From Elusimicrobiota bacterium (GTDB lineage Bacteria; Elusimicrobiota; Elusimicrobia; UBA1565), in contig JBDREN010000096.1 in assembly GCA_043819795.1 (NCBI GenBank), positions 1 through 64,000 of the forward strand: a DNA stretch of 64,000 nt, in the 5' to 3' direction. The position numbers were made by a program, and so were the translations under genes. The notes under the pieces are model-generated. The model made no database searches. It had not been told where the DNA came from and was given only the letters and a program-made list of their open reading frames with translations. This document shows positions 18,157 through 27,153 of this stretch, piece by piece (position 1 is the first letter of the stretch; the number at the start of each line of letters is the position of its first letter).

Positions 18157-20102
18157 ACCGGCCCCGGGAGGCGTCCCGGGGCGCGGCGGTCCGGCGCGTT
18201 GTCCTTGTGGGACGGGCCAACGTCGGGAAGTCGGTGCTCTTCCACGCCCTGACCGGGCGTTACGCCACCGTCTCGAACTATCCGGGGACCACCCTGGACC
18301 TGCGCCGGGCCCGCCTCGGGTCCGGCCTCGAGATCGTCGACACCCCGGGCCTGCTCTCCCTGATCACCCGCACCGAGGACGAGGCGGTCGCCCGCGACGT
18401 GCTGCTCGCCGCGGACGTGGACTGCGTCGTCCACGTCGCCAGCGCCCGGGACCTCGCCGGAGCCCTCTCCTTGACGATGGACCTCGCCCGCCTGCGCCTC
18501 CCCATGGTGCTCGTGCTCAACCTCTGGGACGAGGCCCGGGCCAAGGGCATCCGGATCGACGTGAAGGCCCTGTCGCGGCTCCTGGGCGTGCCGGTCGTGC
18601 CCACGGTCGCCGTCCGCGGCAAGGGCATCGGCGCCCTCAAGAGGGCCATCGAACGGGGAGGGAAGGTGCCGGACGGGCCGCCGCTGCCGGCCGAGCTGCG
18701 GCGCGCGGCCGCGGAGCTCGAGCCCGCGTTGCCGGAGGGCAGCCTCCGCTGGGGTCTGGTCGCGCTGACCGGAGGCGACGGGCTGCGCCGCCGCCTGCGC
18801 GAGCTGGACCTTCTGGAGGCCGCGGAGATGGGGGAGGTGGAGCGCCTGCGGCGCCGCTTCTCCCGGAGGCCTTCTTTCCTGTTCCTGGACGCGGCCCGCG
18901 CCTACGCCGAGGAGCTGGCGGCGCAGACGTCGGGTAAAGAGCCCATGGAGGCCGGAAGGCTCGAAAGGGCGCTGGAGGCGCTGGGCCGCTGGTCGCTGAG
19001 GCCCGTATCGGGCGTTCTGATCGCCGCGGCCGTGCTGTGGGGGCTCTACCAGTTCGTGGGCGTCTTCGGGGCCCAGACGGCGGTCGGCTTCCTCGAGGAG
19101 ACGCTCTTCGGGCGCTACCTTAACCCGGGAGTGAGCGCGGCGGTCGCCTGGGCCGTGCCGTGGGCGCCCCTGCGCGACGCGCTGACCGGCCCCTACGGCG
19201 TGTTCACGATGGCGCTGACCTACGCGCTGGCACTGATCCTGCCGATCGTCGCGACCTTCTTCCTGGCGTTCGGCGTGCTGGAGGACTCGGGCTACCTGCC
19301 CCGCTTCTCGGTCGTGACCGACAAGCTCTTCCGCCTGATCGGGCTCAACGGCAAGGCCGTTCTTCCCATGATGCTCGGTCTCGGCTGCGGCACGATGGCC
19401 GTCATGACGACGCGCATCCTCGAGTCGCGCCGCGAGCGTCTCCTCGCCACGCTTCTCCTGGCCCTGACCGTGCCATGCTCGGCCCAGTTCGGCGTCATCC
19501 TGGGCATGGTGGGGGCCTCCACCCCGGCGGTGTTCGGGGTCTGGGCGGGCGTCGTGGGCGCGTCGCTGGTCGTCGTGGGGTGGGCCGCGTCGCGGGTGGT
19601 CCCGGGGGCTCTGGTCCCGTTCGTCATCGAGATCCCGCCGCTGCGCGTGCCCCTGCTGGGCAACGTGCTGCGCAAGGTCGGCTCGCGGCTGAGGTGGTAT
19701 GTCGCCGAGGTGGTCCCCCTTTTCATCCTGGCGACCATGATCCTTTTCCTGCTGGACCTGACCGGCGGGCTGCGGGTGGTCGAGCGGTTCGCCGCGCCCG
19801 TGCTGCAGGGCATGCTGGGGCTCCCGGCCGAGGCCACGGGGGCGTTTCTGACGGGCTTCTTCAGGAGGGACTACGGGGCCGCGGGCCTTTTCCATCTCCA
19901 CCGCGCGGGCATGCTGGAGCCGCGCCAGGTGGCCGTGAGCCTGGTGTGCATCACGCTGTTCATGCCCTGCTTCGCCCAGTGGCTGATCATCATCCGGGAG
20001 CATGGGTGGCGCGCGACGGCCGCCATCACGGCGTTCGTCCTGGCGTACTCGTTGAGCGTCGCGGGCCTGGTCAACTGGGCCTGGAGGGCCGCGGGAGGCT
20101 GA
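18153..20102 (+). CDS. feoB: Ferrous iron transporter B
   Basis: G1 GRANVGKS, G2 SNYPGTT, G3 DTPG, G4 NLWD; LEDSGYLPR, LGLGC, VPCSAQ, EIPP, FMPCFA. Confidence 0.95.
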   Translation: MNRPREASRGAAVRRVVLVGRANVGKSVLFHALTGRYATVSNYPGTTLDLRRARLGSGLEIVDTPGLLSLITRTEDEAVARDVLLAADVDCVVHVASARDLAGALSLTMDLARLRLPMVLVLNLWDEARAKGIRIDVKALSRLLGVPVVPTVAVRGKGIGALKRAIERGGKVPDGPPLPAELRRAAAELEPALPEGSLRWGLVALTGGDGLRRRLRELDLLEAAEMGEVERLRRRFSRRPSFLFLDAARAYAEELAAQTSGKEPMEAGRLERALEALGRWSLRPVSGVLIAAAVLWGLYQFVGVFGAQTAVGFLEETLFGRYLNPGVSAAVAWAVPWAPLRDALTGPYGVFTMALTYALALILPIVATFFLAFGVLEDSGYLPRFSVVTDKLFRLIGLNGKAVLPMMLGLGCGTMAVMTTRILESRRERLLATLLLALTVPCSAQFGVILGMVGASTPAVFGVWAGVVGASLVVVGWAASRVVPGALVPFVIEIPPLRVPLLGNVLRKVGSRLRWYVAEVVPLFILATMILFLLDLTGGLRVVERFAAPVLQGMLGLPAEATGAFLTGFFRRDYGAAGLFHLHRAGMLEPRQVAVSLVCITLFMPCFAQWLIIIREHGWRATAAITAFVLAYSLSVAGLVNWAWRAAGG

Positions 20103-20103
20103 T

Positions 20104-20784
20104 ATGAGCGAAGAACGGAAATTCCCTCTTCCCACCGCCGAGCAGGAGGACCACGAGGAGGCTCTCGGGCTCATCTGGAAGCTGGGGGAGAAGGGCCTGC
20201 GGGCGCGGGCCGACGTGGAGGCGTCGATCTCCGCGGTGGCGCGTCCGGGCGTGCTCTCCGAGCTCGAGCGCACGGGGCTGGTGCGGACGGAGGGGGAGAT
20301 CGTGACGCTCGCCGAGGAAGGCGAACGGCGCGCGCGGTCGGTGATACGCCGCAACCGCCTGGCCGAGCGTCTGCTTTCGGACGTGCTGGACCTGCCGCGG
20401 GAGGCCGTGGAGGCCAGCGCCTGCCGCATGGAGCACGTCCTCAGCCCCGGAGTCTCGGACGCGATCTGCACGCTTTTGGGCCATCCGCGGTTCTGTCCCC
20501 ACGGGCTGCCGATCCCGCGCGGCCGCTGCTGCGAGAGCTCTCTCGAGCACGTCGAGTCCCTGCTTCAGCCGCTCGACCGCCTCGCGGAAGGGGAGCGCGG
20601 CCGCGTCGCCTACCTCATGTTCCCGGAGAGCCCGGAGACCCAGAGGCTGCTTACCATGGGGGTGGTGCCCGGAGCCCGGCTGAAGGTGGAGCAGCGCTCT
20701 CCGGCGTTCGTGGTCAAGGTCGGCGAGAGCACGATCGCGATGGAACATTCGGTGGCCGAGGGGATCTTCGTCCGCACCGTTTAG
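20104..20784 (+). CDS. DtxR/MntR-family metal-dependent regulator with C-terminal FeoA domain
   Basis: RRNRLAERLL.DVL, ACRMEH, CPHGLPIP; FeoA-like QRLLTMGVVPG. Confidence 0.9.
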   Translation: MSEERKFPLPTAEQEDHEEALGLIWKLGEKGLRARADVEASISAVARPGVLSELERTGLVRTEGEIVTLAEEGERRARSVIRRNRLAERLLSDVLDLPREAVEASACRMEHVLSPGVSDAICTLLGHPRFCPHGLPIPRGRCCESSLEHVESLLQPLDRLAEGERGRVAYLMFPESPETQRLLTMGVVPGARLKVEQRSPAFVVKVGESTIAMEHSVAEGIFVRTV

Positions 20785-20800
20785 CCGGCGAAGGACAGCC

Positions 20801-21337
20801 ATGGGAAAGCCGCGCAAGAAAAGCCGCAAGAGGACTACCCTCACGCTGGACGCGGCGGTCTATCACCCGGATTCGGTTCTGCGCGCGGCGCATGTCATGG
20901 CCGGCAAGCTGCGGATACGCATAGGTCCGATGAAATCTGGAGTCTCTCACGTCGTGTTGGAGGCGGTCGAAGCTTCGGGCGCCGTCGCGCTTTCGGCTTT
21001 GGCCGACGATTTTCTGGACGAGGCGGCCGCCCAGGAGCTGCGCCGCCGCGTGGCCGCGGACAACCGGACCGTACGGGAGTACATCATCACGCTGGCGCTT
21101 CTGTCCGCGAGCGGAGAGCGGCCTTTGGCCGCCGAGAAGCCCCCGGCGACGGAGCGCGCCGCCTCGCCGCGGCTGAGCCAAGAGGAGGAGGCTGAGATCG
21201 ACCGCCTCATAGAGGAGGCGGAGCGGGAGATCAAGCAGAGGGCGCCCCGGCTCTCCGGCCGGAAGGCCGCTCGCAAGCCCCGGGAGAAGACTGATGCCGT
21301 CAAGGCTTCGAAGCCTGGTCCGAAAAAAGCTGCCTGA
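20801..21337 (+). CDS. hxsD: His-Xaa-Ser system protein HxsD-like, with charged C-terminal extension
   Basis: LD..VY....V.RAA and F.DE...QELR..VA..NRTVREYII..AL pattern. Directly upstream of the HxsB-like gene. Confidence 0.7.
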   Translation: MGKPRKKSRKRTTLTLDAAVYHPDSVLRAAHVMAGKLRIRIGPMKSGVSHVVLEAVEASGAVALSALADDFLDEAAAQELRRRVAADNRTVREYIITLALLSASGERPLAAEKPPATERAASPRLSQEEEAEIDRLIEEAEREIKQRAPRLSGRKAARKPREKTDAVKASKPGPKKAA

Positions 21338-22805
21338 TTACGTCGGGCCCTGCGCCTTCAGGAAGCTGCCGGGCGGATACCTGCTGACCAACGACTGGGG
21401 CCGCCATCATTGGCTCTCGCCCGGCGAGTTCGAGCGCTATTTCTCCGGCCGGCTGGCGAAGGGCTCCGCGTCGTGGAGGGAGCTCCGCGACAAGGGCTTC
21501 CTGCGGGACCGCCTGGATTTCCCCGCCCTGGCCGGGAGCTACGCCCGGAAGAACGCCTTCCTCTGGAGCGGTCCCAGACTTCACATCGCGGTGCTTACGC
21601 TGCGCTGCAACCATCGCTGCGCCTATTGCCAGGCCAGCGCGGCCGGACCCAAGGGCGCCGGGCGCGACATGACGGAAGACACCGCCCGGCGCGTGACGGA
21701 ATACGTCTTCGAGAGTCCCGCTCAGGAGCTGACCATCGAGTTCCAGGGGGGCGAGCCCCTGATGAACTGGCGTGCCTTGGAGACCATCGTCCGGTACGGG
21801 GGGGAGCTGGCGGCCGCGTCCGGCCGCAAGCTCCGCCTGGCCTTGGTGTCGAACCTCAGCCTGCTCGACGACCGCCGGCTCGAGTTCCTGATGGAGCATA
21901 AGGTCAGCGTCTGCACCTCCCTGGACGGGCCGGCGGCGCTCCACGACAGGAACCGGCCCTATCCCGGGGGCAGCGGCCACGCCGTCGTCGAGCGCTGGCT
22001 GAGGACGATGGCCCGGCGCTACCCGGACCGCGCGGCCGAGCGCCACCCGCGGCCCAACGCCCTGCTCACCGTGACCCGACGCTCGCTTCCCCTGGCCGAG
22101 GAGATCGTCGACGAGTACGCGCGTCTCGGCCTGCCCGGGATCTTCGTGCGCCCGCTCACTCCCATCGGAACGGCGCGCAGGAGCCGGGCGATCATCGGGT
22201 ATTCCACGGCCGAGTTCCTGGAGTTCTACGGGCGCTGCCTGGACCGCGTCCTGGAGCTCAACCGGGCGGGCACGCCCCTGCGCGAGCGGGGCGCGGCCAT
22301 GCTGCTGACGAAGATCCTGAAGGGATGGGACCCCGGGTACACGGATCTTCGCTCGCCCTGCGGGGCGGGGCTCGGCCAGCTCGCCTACAACTACGACGGG
22401 GATATCTATACCTGCGACGAGGGCCGCATGCTCTCGGAGGAGGGCGACCGGCTCTTCCGCCTCGGCAGCGTCTTCGACACGCCCTATGAGCGCGCCCTGC
22501 GCCATCCGACCGTCAAGGCCTGCGCGGTCGCCTCGCACCTCGAGGACCAGCCGGTGTGCTCGGGCTGCGCCTACAAGCCCTTCTGCGGCGTCTGTCCGGT
22601 GTACAACTACGTGACGCAGGACACGATATGGGGCAGGATGCCGACCAGCGAGCGCTGCGCCCTCTACAAGGGCGTCTTCGACCTTATCTTCGAGCGGCTG
22701 CGCGATCCCGGGACGCGCCGGATCTTCGAGGACTGGGCGAGGGGTCCGGCGTCCGGCGGGGCGGACGGCGCCGATGAGAATCATGGCGAGCCCCATGCCG
22801 GATAG
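21294..22805 (+). CDS. hxsB: His-Xaa-Ser system radical SAM/SPASM maturase HxsB-like
   Basis: GYLLTND.G N-terminal domain, GPRLHIAVLTLRCNHRCAYCQAS, IEFQGGEPL, CTSLDGP..LHD.NR, DLRSPCGAGLGQLAYNYDGDIYTCDEGRM, SPASM CSGCAYKPFCGVCPV. Confidence 0.88.
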   Translation: MPSRLRSLVRKKLPDYVGPCAFRKLPGGYLLTNDWGRHHWLSPGEFERYFSGRLAKGSASWRELRDKGFLRDRLDFPALAGSYARKNAFLWSGPRLHIAVLTLRCNHRCAYCQASAAGPKGAGRDMTEDTARRVTEYVFESPAQELTIEFQGGEPLMNWRALETIVRYGGELAAASGRKLRLALVSNLSLLDDRRLEFLMEHKVSVCTSLDGPAALHDRNRPYPGGSGHAVVERWLRTMARRYPDRAAERHPRPNALLTVTRRSLPLAEEIVDEYARLGLPGIFVRPLTPIGTARRSRAIIGYSTAEFLEFYGRCLDRVLELNRAGTPLRERGAAMLLTKILKGWDPGYTDLRSPCGAGLGQLAYNYDGDIYTCDEGRMLSEEGDRLFRLGSVFDTPYERALRHPTVKACAVASHLEDQPVCSGCAYKPFCGVCPVYNYVTQDTIWGRMPTSERCALYKGVFDLIFERLRDPGTRRIFEDWARGPASGGADGADENHGEPHAG

Positions 22806-23994
22806 CAGCCTCGTCCCCGACGACGTCCTCGAGCAGACGCGCTGCCTGGACATCTCCCCGAGCAACGCCTGCAACGCCCGCTGCCTGTTCTGCTCCCAGG
22901 ACGACGGCGACCGGGAGATGGGGCGGCTGGACCCGGCCGCCACGGCCCGCCACATCTACTGGGCTTTCCGGAACGGCTACCGGCGGCTCGGGCTCTCGGG
23001 AGGGGAGCCCACTCTTCTCCCCGAGCTCCCGCGGCTGATACGCTTCGCCCGGAAAGTGGGCTTCCACTCCATCCGGCTGCAGACCAACGGGATCCGTCTG
23101 GCGGACGCCTCCTACGCCCAACGGCTGGTCGAGGCCGGCTTGAGCACGGTCCGCTTCTCGGTGCACGGGCACGAGGCCGGGCTTCATGACGGCCTCGTCG
23201 GGATCCCGGGCGCGTTCAAGAGCGCGCTGAGCGCGATCGGGAACATGCGGCGCCTGCGATGCCGGCTCGGGCTCAACATCGTCCTCAACGCGGACAACCA
23301 CGCGTTCCTGCCGGAGTTCTTCGAGCTGTTCCTGCGCCGCCTCGAGATCACGAATTTCATGGTGATCTATCCACTCTATGACGGGAACATGGGCCGGGAG
23401 GCGGACCGCATGGGCTTCCGGCTCAGCGAGGCGCTCCCGAGCCTCGAGAAGGCCTTCCGCCTCTTCGAGGAAGAGGGCCTCGAGCCGCCTTTGCTGCTCC
23501 ATTTCACCCCGTGCCTGCTGCCGGGCTACGAGTCGCGCATGCTCGGCTGGTACCGCTTCGAGGCGCGCGTCGTGGAGCCGGACGGCCGCGGCAAGGACCT
23601 CGACGAGGCCGTGCGGTCCCGCAAGCTCAGGCCTTCCTCCTGCGAGGGCTGCGCCTACCGGCCCCGCTGCCCGGGGGTGGACCGCGGATATCTCGATCGC
23701 TACGGCGCGGCCGAGTTCCGGCCCCTGGCGCAGCGCGCCCACGCGCGGACGCGGCCCCCGAGCGACGACCCCCGGCGGCGCATCCTGACCGAGAACGAAC
23801 GCTGCGTGCTCGGGATCCTCTCGACGGGGCCGCGTCCGACCGACGACCTGCTCTCGGCCGCCGTGGACACTCCGCTGTGCCAGGACTGCCGGGGCGGGCC
23901 CGCGGTCCTGCAGGCGGCGGAGCGGCTCGCCCGCATGGGCCGGATCCGGCGCTCCTGGAGCGGCGGGAAGTACCTTTGGACGCCCCGGACCTGA
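22795..23994 (+). CDS. Radical SAM protein (HxsC-like) with C-terminal winged-helix-like domain
   Basis: CNARCLFC, SGGEPT, LQTNG, FTPCLL, CEGCAYRPRCPG. C-terminal ~65 aa with LCQDC. Start 22774 or 22795. Confidence 0.85.
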   Translation: MPDSSLVPDDVLEQTRCLDISPSNACNARCLFCSQDDGDREMGRLDPAATARHIYWAFRNGYRRLGLSGGEPTLLPELPRLIRFARKVGFHSIRLQTNGIRLADASYAQRLVEAGLSTVRFSVHGHEAGLHDGLVGIPGAFKSALSAIGNMRRLRCRLGLNIVLNADNHAFLPEFFELFLRRLEITNFMVIYPLYDGNMGREADRMGFRLSEALPSLEKAFRLFEEEGLEPPLLLHFTPCLLPGYESRMLGWYRFEARVVEPDGRGKDLDEAVRSRKLRPSSCEGCAYRPRCPGVDRGYLDRYGAAEFRPLAQRAHARTRPPSDDPRRRILTENERCVLGILSTGPRPTDDLLSAAVDTPLCQDCRGGPAVLQAAERLARMGRIRRSWSGGKYLWTPRT

Positions 23995-24366
23995 CGGCTT
24001 TCACTCCTCCGCCCGCCTGTCGGAACGGTGGCTTTCCCTGCCGTAAAATTATACTGTACGTAAGGTGATGCCGGGGTCAGTCCCCGTCGTCAGGCTGAGG
24101 CGTCAGCCCCCTCTTTCGACTCCATTGTGCGGCTTCCCCCCGAGACCAGGCTTGATGCGGAAAGAACGGCGGACGTTGCGATGAAAAACAGGATATTTTT
24201 TGGTTAGAGACTCGGCCTTGCGGCCATGCTGGACGCGGAATAATTTGCCAAAATAGGCGTTCGGGCCGGCCCGTTCCGGGGGAGGCTCGTTCGTCCGAAG
24301 AACCATCCATGGGAAACAAGAGATCGGCGTACGGCGGGAAGGGTCCGGCCGCCCGGGGAGGCTCGG

Positions 24367-25239
24367 ATGCCTGACGTCCCCGTTTGGCCGGCCTGCGACC
24401 AGGAGTGCCTCTACTGCTCGAACCCGGCGGGCGATTATCGCCGGCGCACGGCCGAGCATTCCTTCCCGGCTCTGGTCCGGCGTCTGGTGCGCTACAGGGC
24501 CGGCGAGGAGAGCTTCGCCAAGTTCAACGACGCGCGGGACAACCTTACCCTCACCGGGGGGGAGCCCACGCTGCATCCGCAGTTCTTGCGTCTGCTCGCC
24601 GCGGCCCGGAAGGGTTTCCCCTACGCCGATCTGAGGCTGTTGACCCACGGCAGGCGCTTCGCGCTGCGGGATTTCGCGCGCCGGACGCTGGACGCGGCGG
24701 GCTCGCCCTGCGAGGTGGCGGTGAACCTCGTCGGCGCGGAGCGCGGGATCGAGGAGGCCGCGGCGGGAGTGGAGAACCTGCTCGGGCTCCGCGGGCCCGG
24801 GCAGCGCGTGGTCATCCGGGTCGTCCTCACCCGCCCCCAGGTCCGGGGCCTGCCCCGCTTGGCGGGGACGCTCTTGCGACGCCTGGCCGGGATCGACCGG
24901 CTGGAGCTGGTCTTTATGGAGATGGAGGGACGGGCCGAGCTGAACATCGGCGTGCTGGGCCTGCGGATGGGCGAGTGCGCGGCCGCGCTCGACTCCATGT
25001 ACGGCGTCCTGCGCCGCTTCCGGGAGTTCCGTCTCTACCACTTCCCCCTCTGCGTGTTGCCGGAGCGGCTCAGGGCCCATGCCTGGAGCACGCTCGACCC
25101 CGCGAAGGTGGTCCACGCATTCGTCTGTAAGGACTGCCGCCTGCGGCCCGGCTGCGTCGGGATCCATAAGTCGTACGCGCGGCGGATGGGCGTCGCGGAG
25201 TTCCGGCCGCCCGCGCCCGCGGAGCTTGTCGCCGCTTAG
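24367..25239 (+). CDS. Radical SAM protein (HxsC-like)
   Basis: CDQECLYCSNP, LTGGEPTLHP, LYHFPLCVL, CKDCRLRPGCVG. Confidence 0.85.
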   Translation: MPDVPVWPACDQECLYCSNPAGDYRRRTAEHSFPALVRRLVRYRAGEESFAKFNDARDNLTLTGGEPTLHPQFLRLLAAARKGFPYADLRLLTHGRRFALRDFARRTLDAAGSPCEVAVNLVGAERGIEEAAAGVENLLGLRGPGQRVVIRVVLTRPQVRGLPRLAGTLLRRLAGIDRLELVFMEMEGRAELNIGVLGLRMGECAAALDSMYGVLRRFREFRLYHFPLCVLPERLRAHAWSTLDPAKVVHAFVCKDCRLRPGCVGIHKSYARRMGVAEFRPPAPAELVAA

Positions 25240-25249
25240 GAGTATTTTC

Positions 25250-26224
25250 GTGCTTGAGAAGACGGACGACCTTTCCTGGTACGCGCGCAAGGCGGACGGC
25301 CTGCGCAGGGGGATCGCCGTCCCGGCCGCCGGTGAGGACGGAGCCCGCGCGGACAGGGTGGCCGCGCTCTTGGACGAGCTCCGGCGCGGGGGCATACGCG
25401 GCTCCGTCGAGGAGCGCACGCTCTATACCCGGCGCCTGCCTGCCGGATGCCGCGGCTGCCTGGCCGGCAAGGGGACCAACCTCTACGTGACCGGGCTGTG
25501 CACGCGGGACTGCTATTTCTGCTTCAACGCCAAGCCGCGCGCCGACGAGATCGTCGCGCACGGGATCCGGATCCGCGAGCCCGAGGAGGCGGGGGAGATC
25601 GTCTCCCGTTTCGGATTGCGCAGCGTGGGGATCAGCGGGGGGGAGCCGCTGCTCTTCCCGGAGCGGGTGATGCGCGTCGTCCGGACGCTGCGCACGTTGC
25701 CCGAGAGGATTTGGATCGACCTCTACACCAACGGCGACCGCGCCGACGACGACGTCCTGCGCGGTCTCCGGGAGGCGGGGCTCGACGCGGTGCGCTTCAA
25801 CCTGGTCGCCAACGGATTCGATACGGGGCCCGTGGAGCGGGCGCTGCGCTATTTCGACGGGACGGCCGTGGAGGTCCCTGTCGTCCCGGACCGGATGCGG
25901 GAGCTCGAGGAGATGGCGCTGGAGCTCGACCGGCTCGGGGTCCCCTATCTCAATATCCACGAGCTCTTCGCCTGCCGGGAGAACGACCTTCGCGTATCCG
26001 GGCGGGGCCACTCGGCGGAGGAGGCCGGACGAGAGTCGGCGCTGTCGTGGAGCCCGGTGACGGAGGGGGAGGAGGCCGCGCTGCGGCTGCTTCTCTTCGC
26101 GCTCAAGAACACGGATCGGCTCTCGGTCTACTACTGCTCCTGCCGCACCCAGGAGACGATCAGCCGCAGGGGCCTGCGCAGAAGGCGCGGGCTCGCCGCG
26201 GGCGCCCGGGAGGTCCTTTCGTGA
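25250..26224 (+). CDS. Radical SAM protein, COG2108-like (uncharacterised)
   Basis: LPAGCRGCLAG preceding YVTGLCTRDCYFC, ISGGEPL, LYTNG, GLDAVRFN, LNIHEL, YYCS. AGGAG RBS before GTG 25250. Confidence 0.82.
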   Translation: MLEKTDDLSWYARKADGLRRGIAVPAAGEDGARADRVAALLDELRRGGIRGSVEERTLYTRRLPAGCRGCLAGKGTNLYVTGLCTRDCYFCFNAKPRADEIVAHGIRIREPEEAGEIVSRFGLRSVGISGGEPLLFPERVMRVVRTLRTLPERIWIDLYTNGDRADDDVLRGLREAGLDAVRFNLVANGFDTGPVERALRYFDGTAVEVPVVPDRMRELEEMALELDRLGVPYLNIHELFACRENDLRVSGRGHSAEEAGRESALSWSPVTEGEEAALRLLLFALKNTDRLSVYYCSCRTQETISRRGLRRRRGLAAGAREVLS

Positions 26225-27153
26225 GGACCTGGGACGCGGTGGTGGCGGGCGGCGGCCCGGCCAGCCTGTCGGCGGGCTTCTACCTTTCGAGGGCCGGGTT
26301 CCGGGTCCTGCTCGTCGAGCGCGACCGTATCGGGGGTAAGCTGGCCAGGCTTCCGATGGTGCGCAACTATCCCGGGTTCCCGGACGGGATCAAGGGAAGC
26401 CTTCTCGCCCGGCGGATGGCGCTGCAGGCCGAGCGTCACGGCCTGAGCGTGGCGCGGGGGGAGGTCTCCGCCATCGAGCCGCGGGGAGAAGGCCTTCGCC
26501 TGCGCTTCGCGCCCGCGCGTGGGCGCGTCGGCGCGTCGGGGGTCTCTTGCCGCGCCGTGATCGTGGCCACGGGATCGGATTTTCTGCCGCTGGGGCTTCC
26601 CGGTGAGGACGCCTTCCGCGGGCGGGGCCTCTTCCACGCCGCGTTCGGGGATGCGGCGCGCTTCGCGGGAAAGACCGTGGGAGTCGTCGGCGGCGGGGAG
26701 GCCGCCGCCCATCAGGCCCTGGCCCTGGCCGAGCACGCGCGCCGGGTCTTCCTGTTCGCGCGCGGCCGCAAGCTCGCCGCGATCGGACCGCTCCGGGAGG
26801 GCGTCCGGCGCCATCCCCGCATCGTGCCGCGATGGGGGACGGTGATAGGCGCCCTGGAGGGAAACGGCTCGCTCTCGGGCGTCTCCTGGGCGCGGACGTG
26901 CCCCGCCTCCGGGAGGGCGAAGGGCCGGTCGCGGACCGAGCCGCTCGACGCTCTTTTCGTGCTGGTGGGCCAGCGCCCGAGCCTGCCCGAAGTCCGGATC
27001 CGGGCAAGTGACCGTCGCCGAAACGGCGTTTTTGTCGCCGGGGACGCCGACGCCGGGAACTTCCGGCAGGCCGCCATCGCGGCGGCCGACGGCCTGGCGC
27101 GCGCGATGGAGTGCGAGCGCTATTTGAAGAACCGCCGGAGGGCCGCTTCATGA
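26221..27153 (+). CDS. Thioredoxin-reductase-like FAD/NAD(P) oxidoreductase lacking the CxxC motif
   Basis: GGGPASLSA, NYPGF, IVATGS, LGLPGE..F.GRG, VVGGG, GVFVAGD. HAAFGD replaces YCATCD. GTG overlaps the upstream TGA. Confidence 0.82.
   Translation: MRTWDAVVAGGGPASLSAGFYLSRAGFRVLLVERDRIGGKLARLPMVRNYPGFPDGIKGSLLARRMALQAERHGLSVARGEVSAIEPRGEGLRLRFAPARGRVGASGVSCRAVIVATGSDFLPLGLPGEDAFRGRGLFHAAFGDAARFAGKTVGVVGGGEAAAHQALALAEHARRVFLFARGRKLAAIGPLREGVRRHPRIVPRWGTVIGALEGNGSLSGVSWARTCPASGRAKGRSRTEPLDALFVLVGQRPSLPEVRIRASDRRRNGVFVAGDADAGNFRQAAIAAADGLARAMECERYLKNRRRAAS

Noticed and set aside
18042..20471. 809-aa minus-strand ORF and similar long antisense ORFs (8485-10185, 21300-22955, 40865-42682, 48106-49962)
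   Set aside because: Each overlaps a well-supported gene on the opposite strand and has no recognisable motifs.
26221..27153. Assigning trxB
   Set aside because: No CxxC redox motif.
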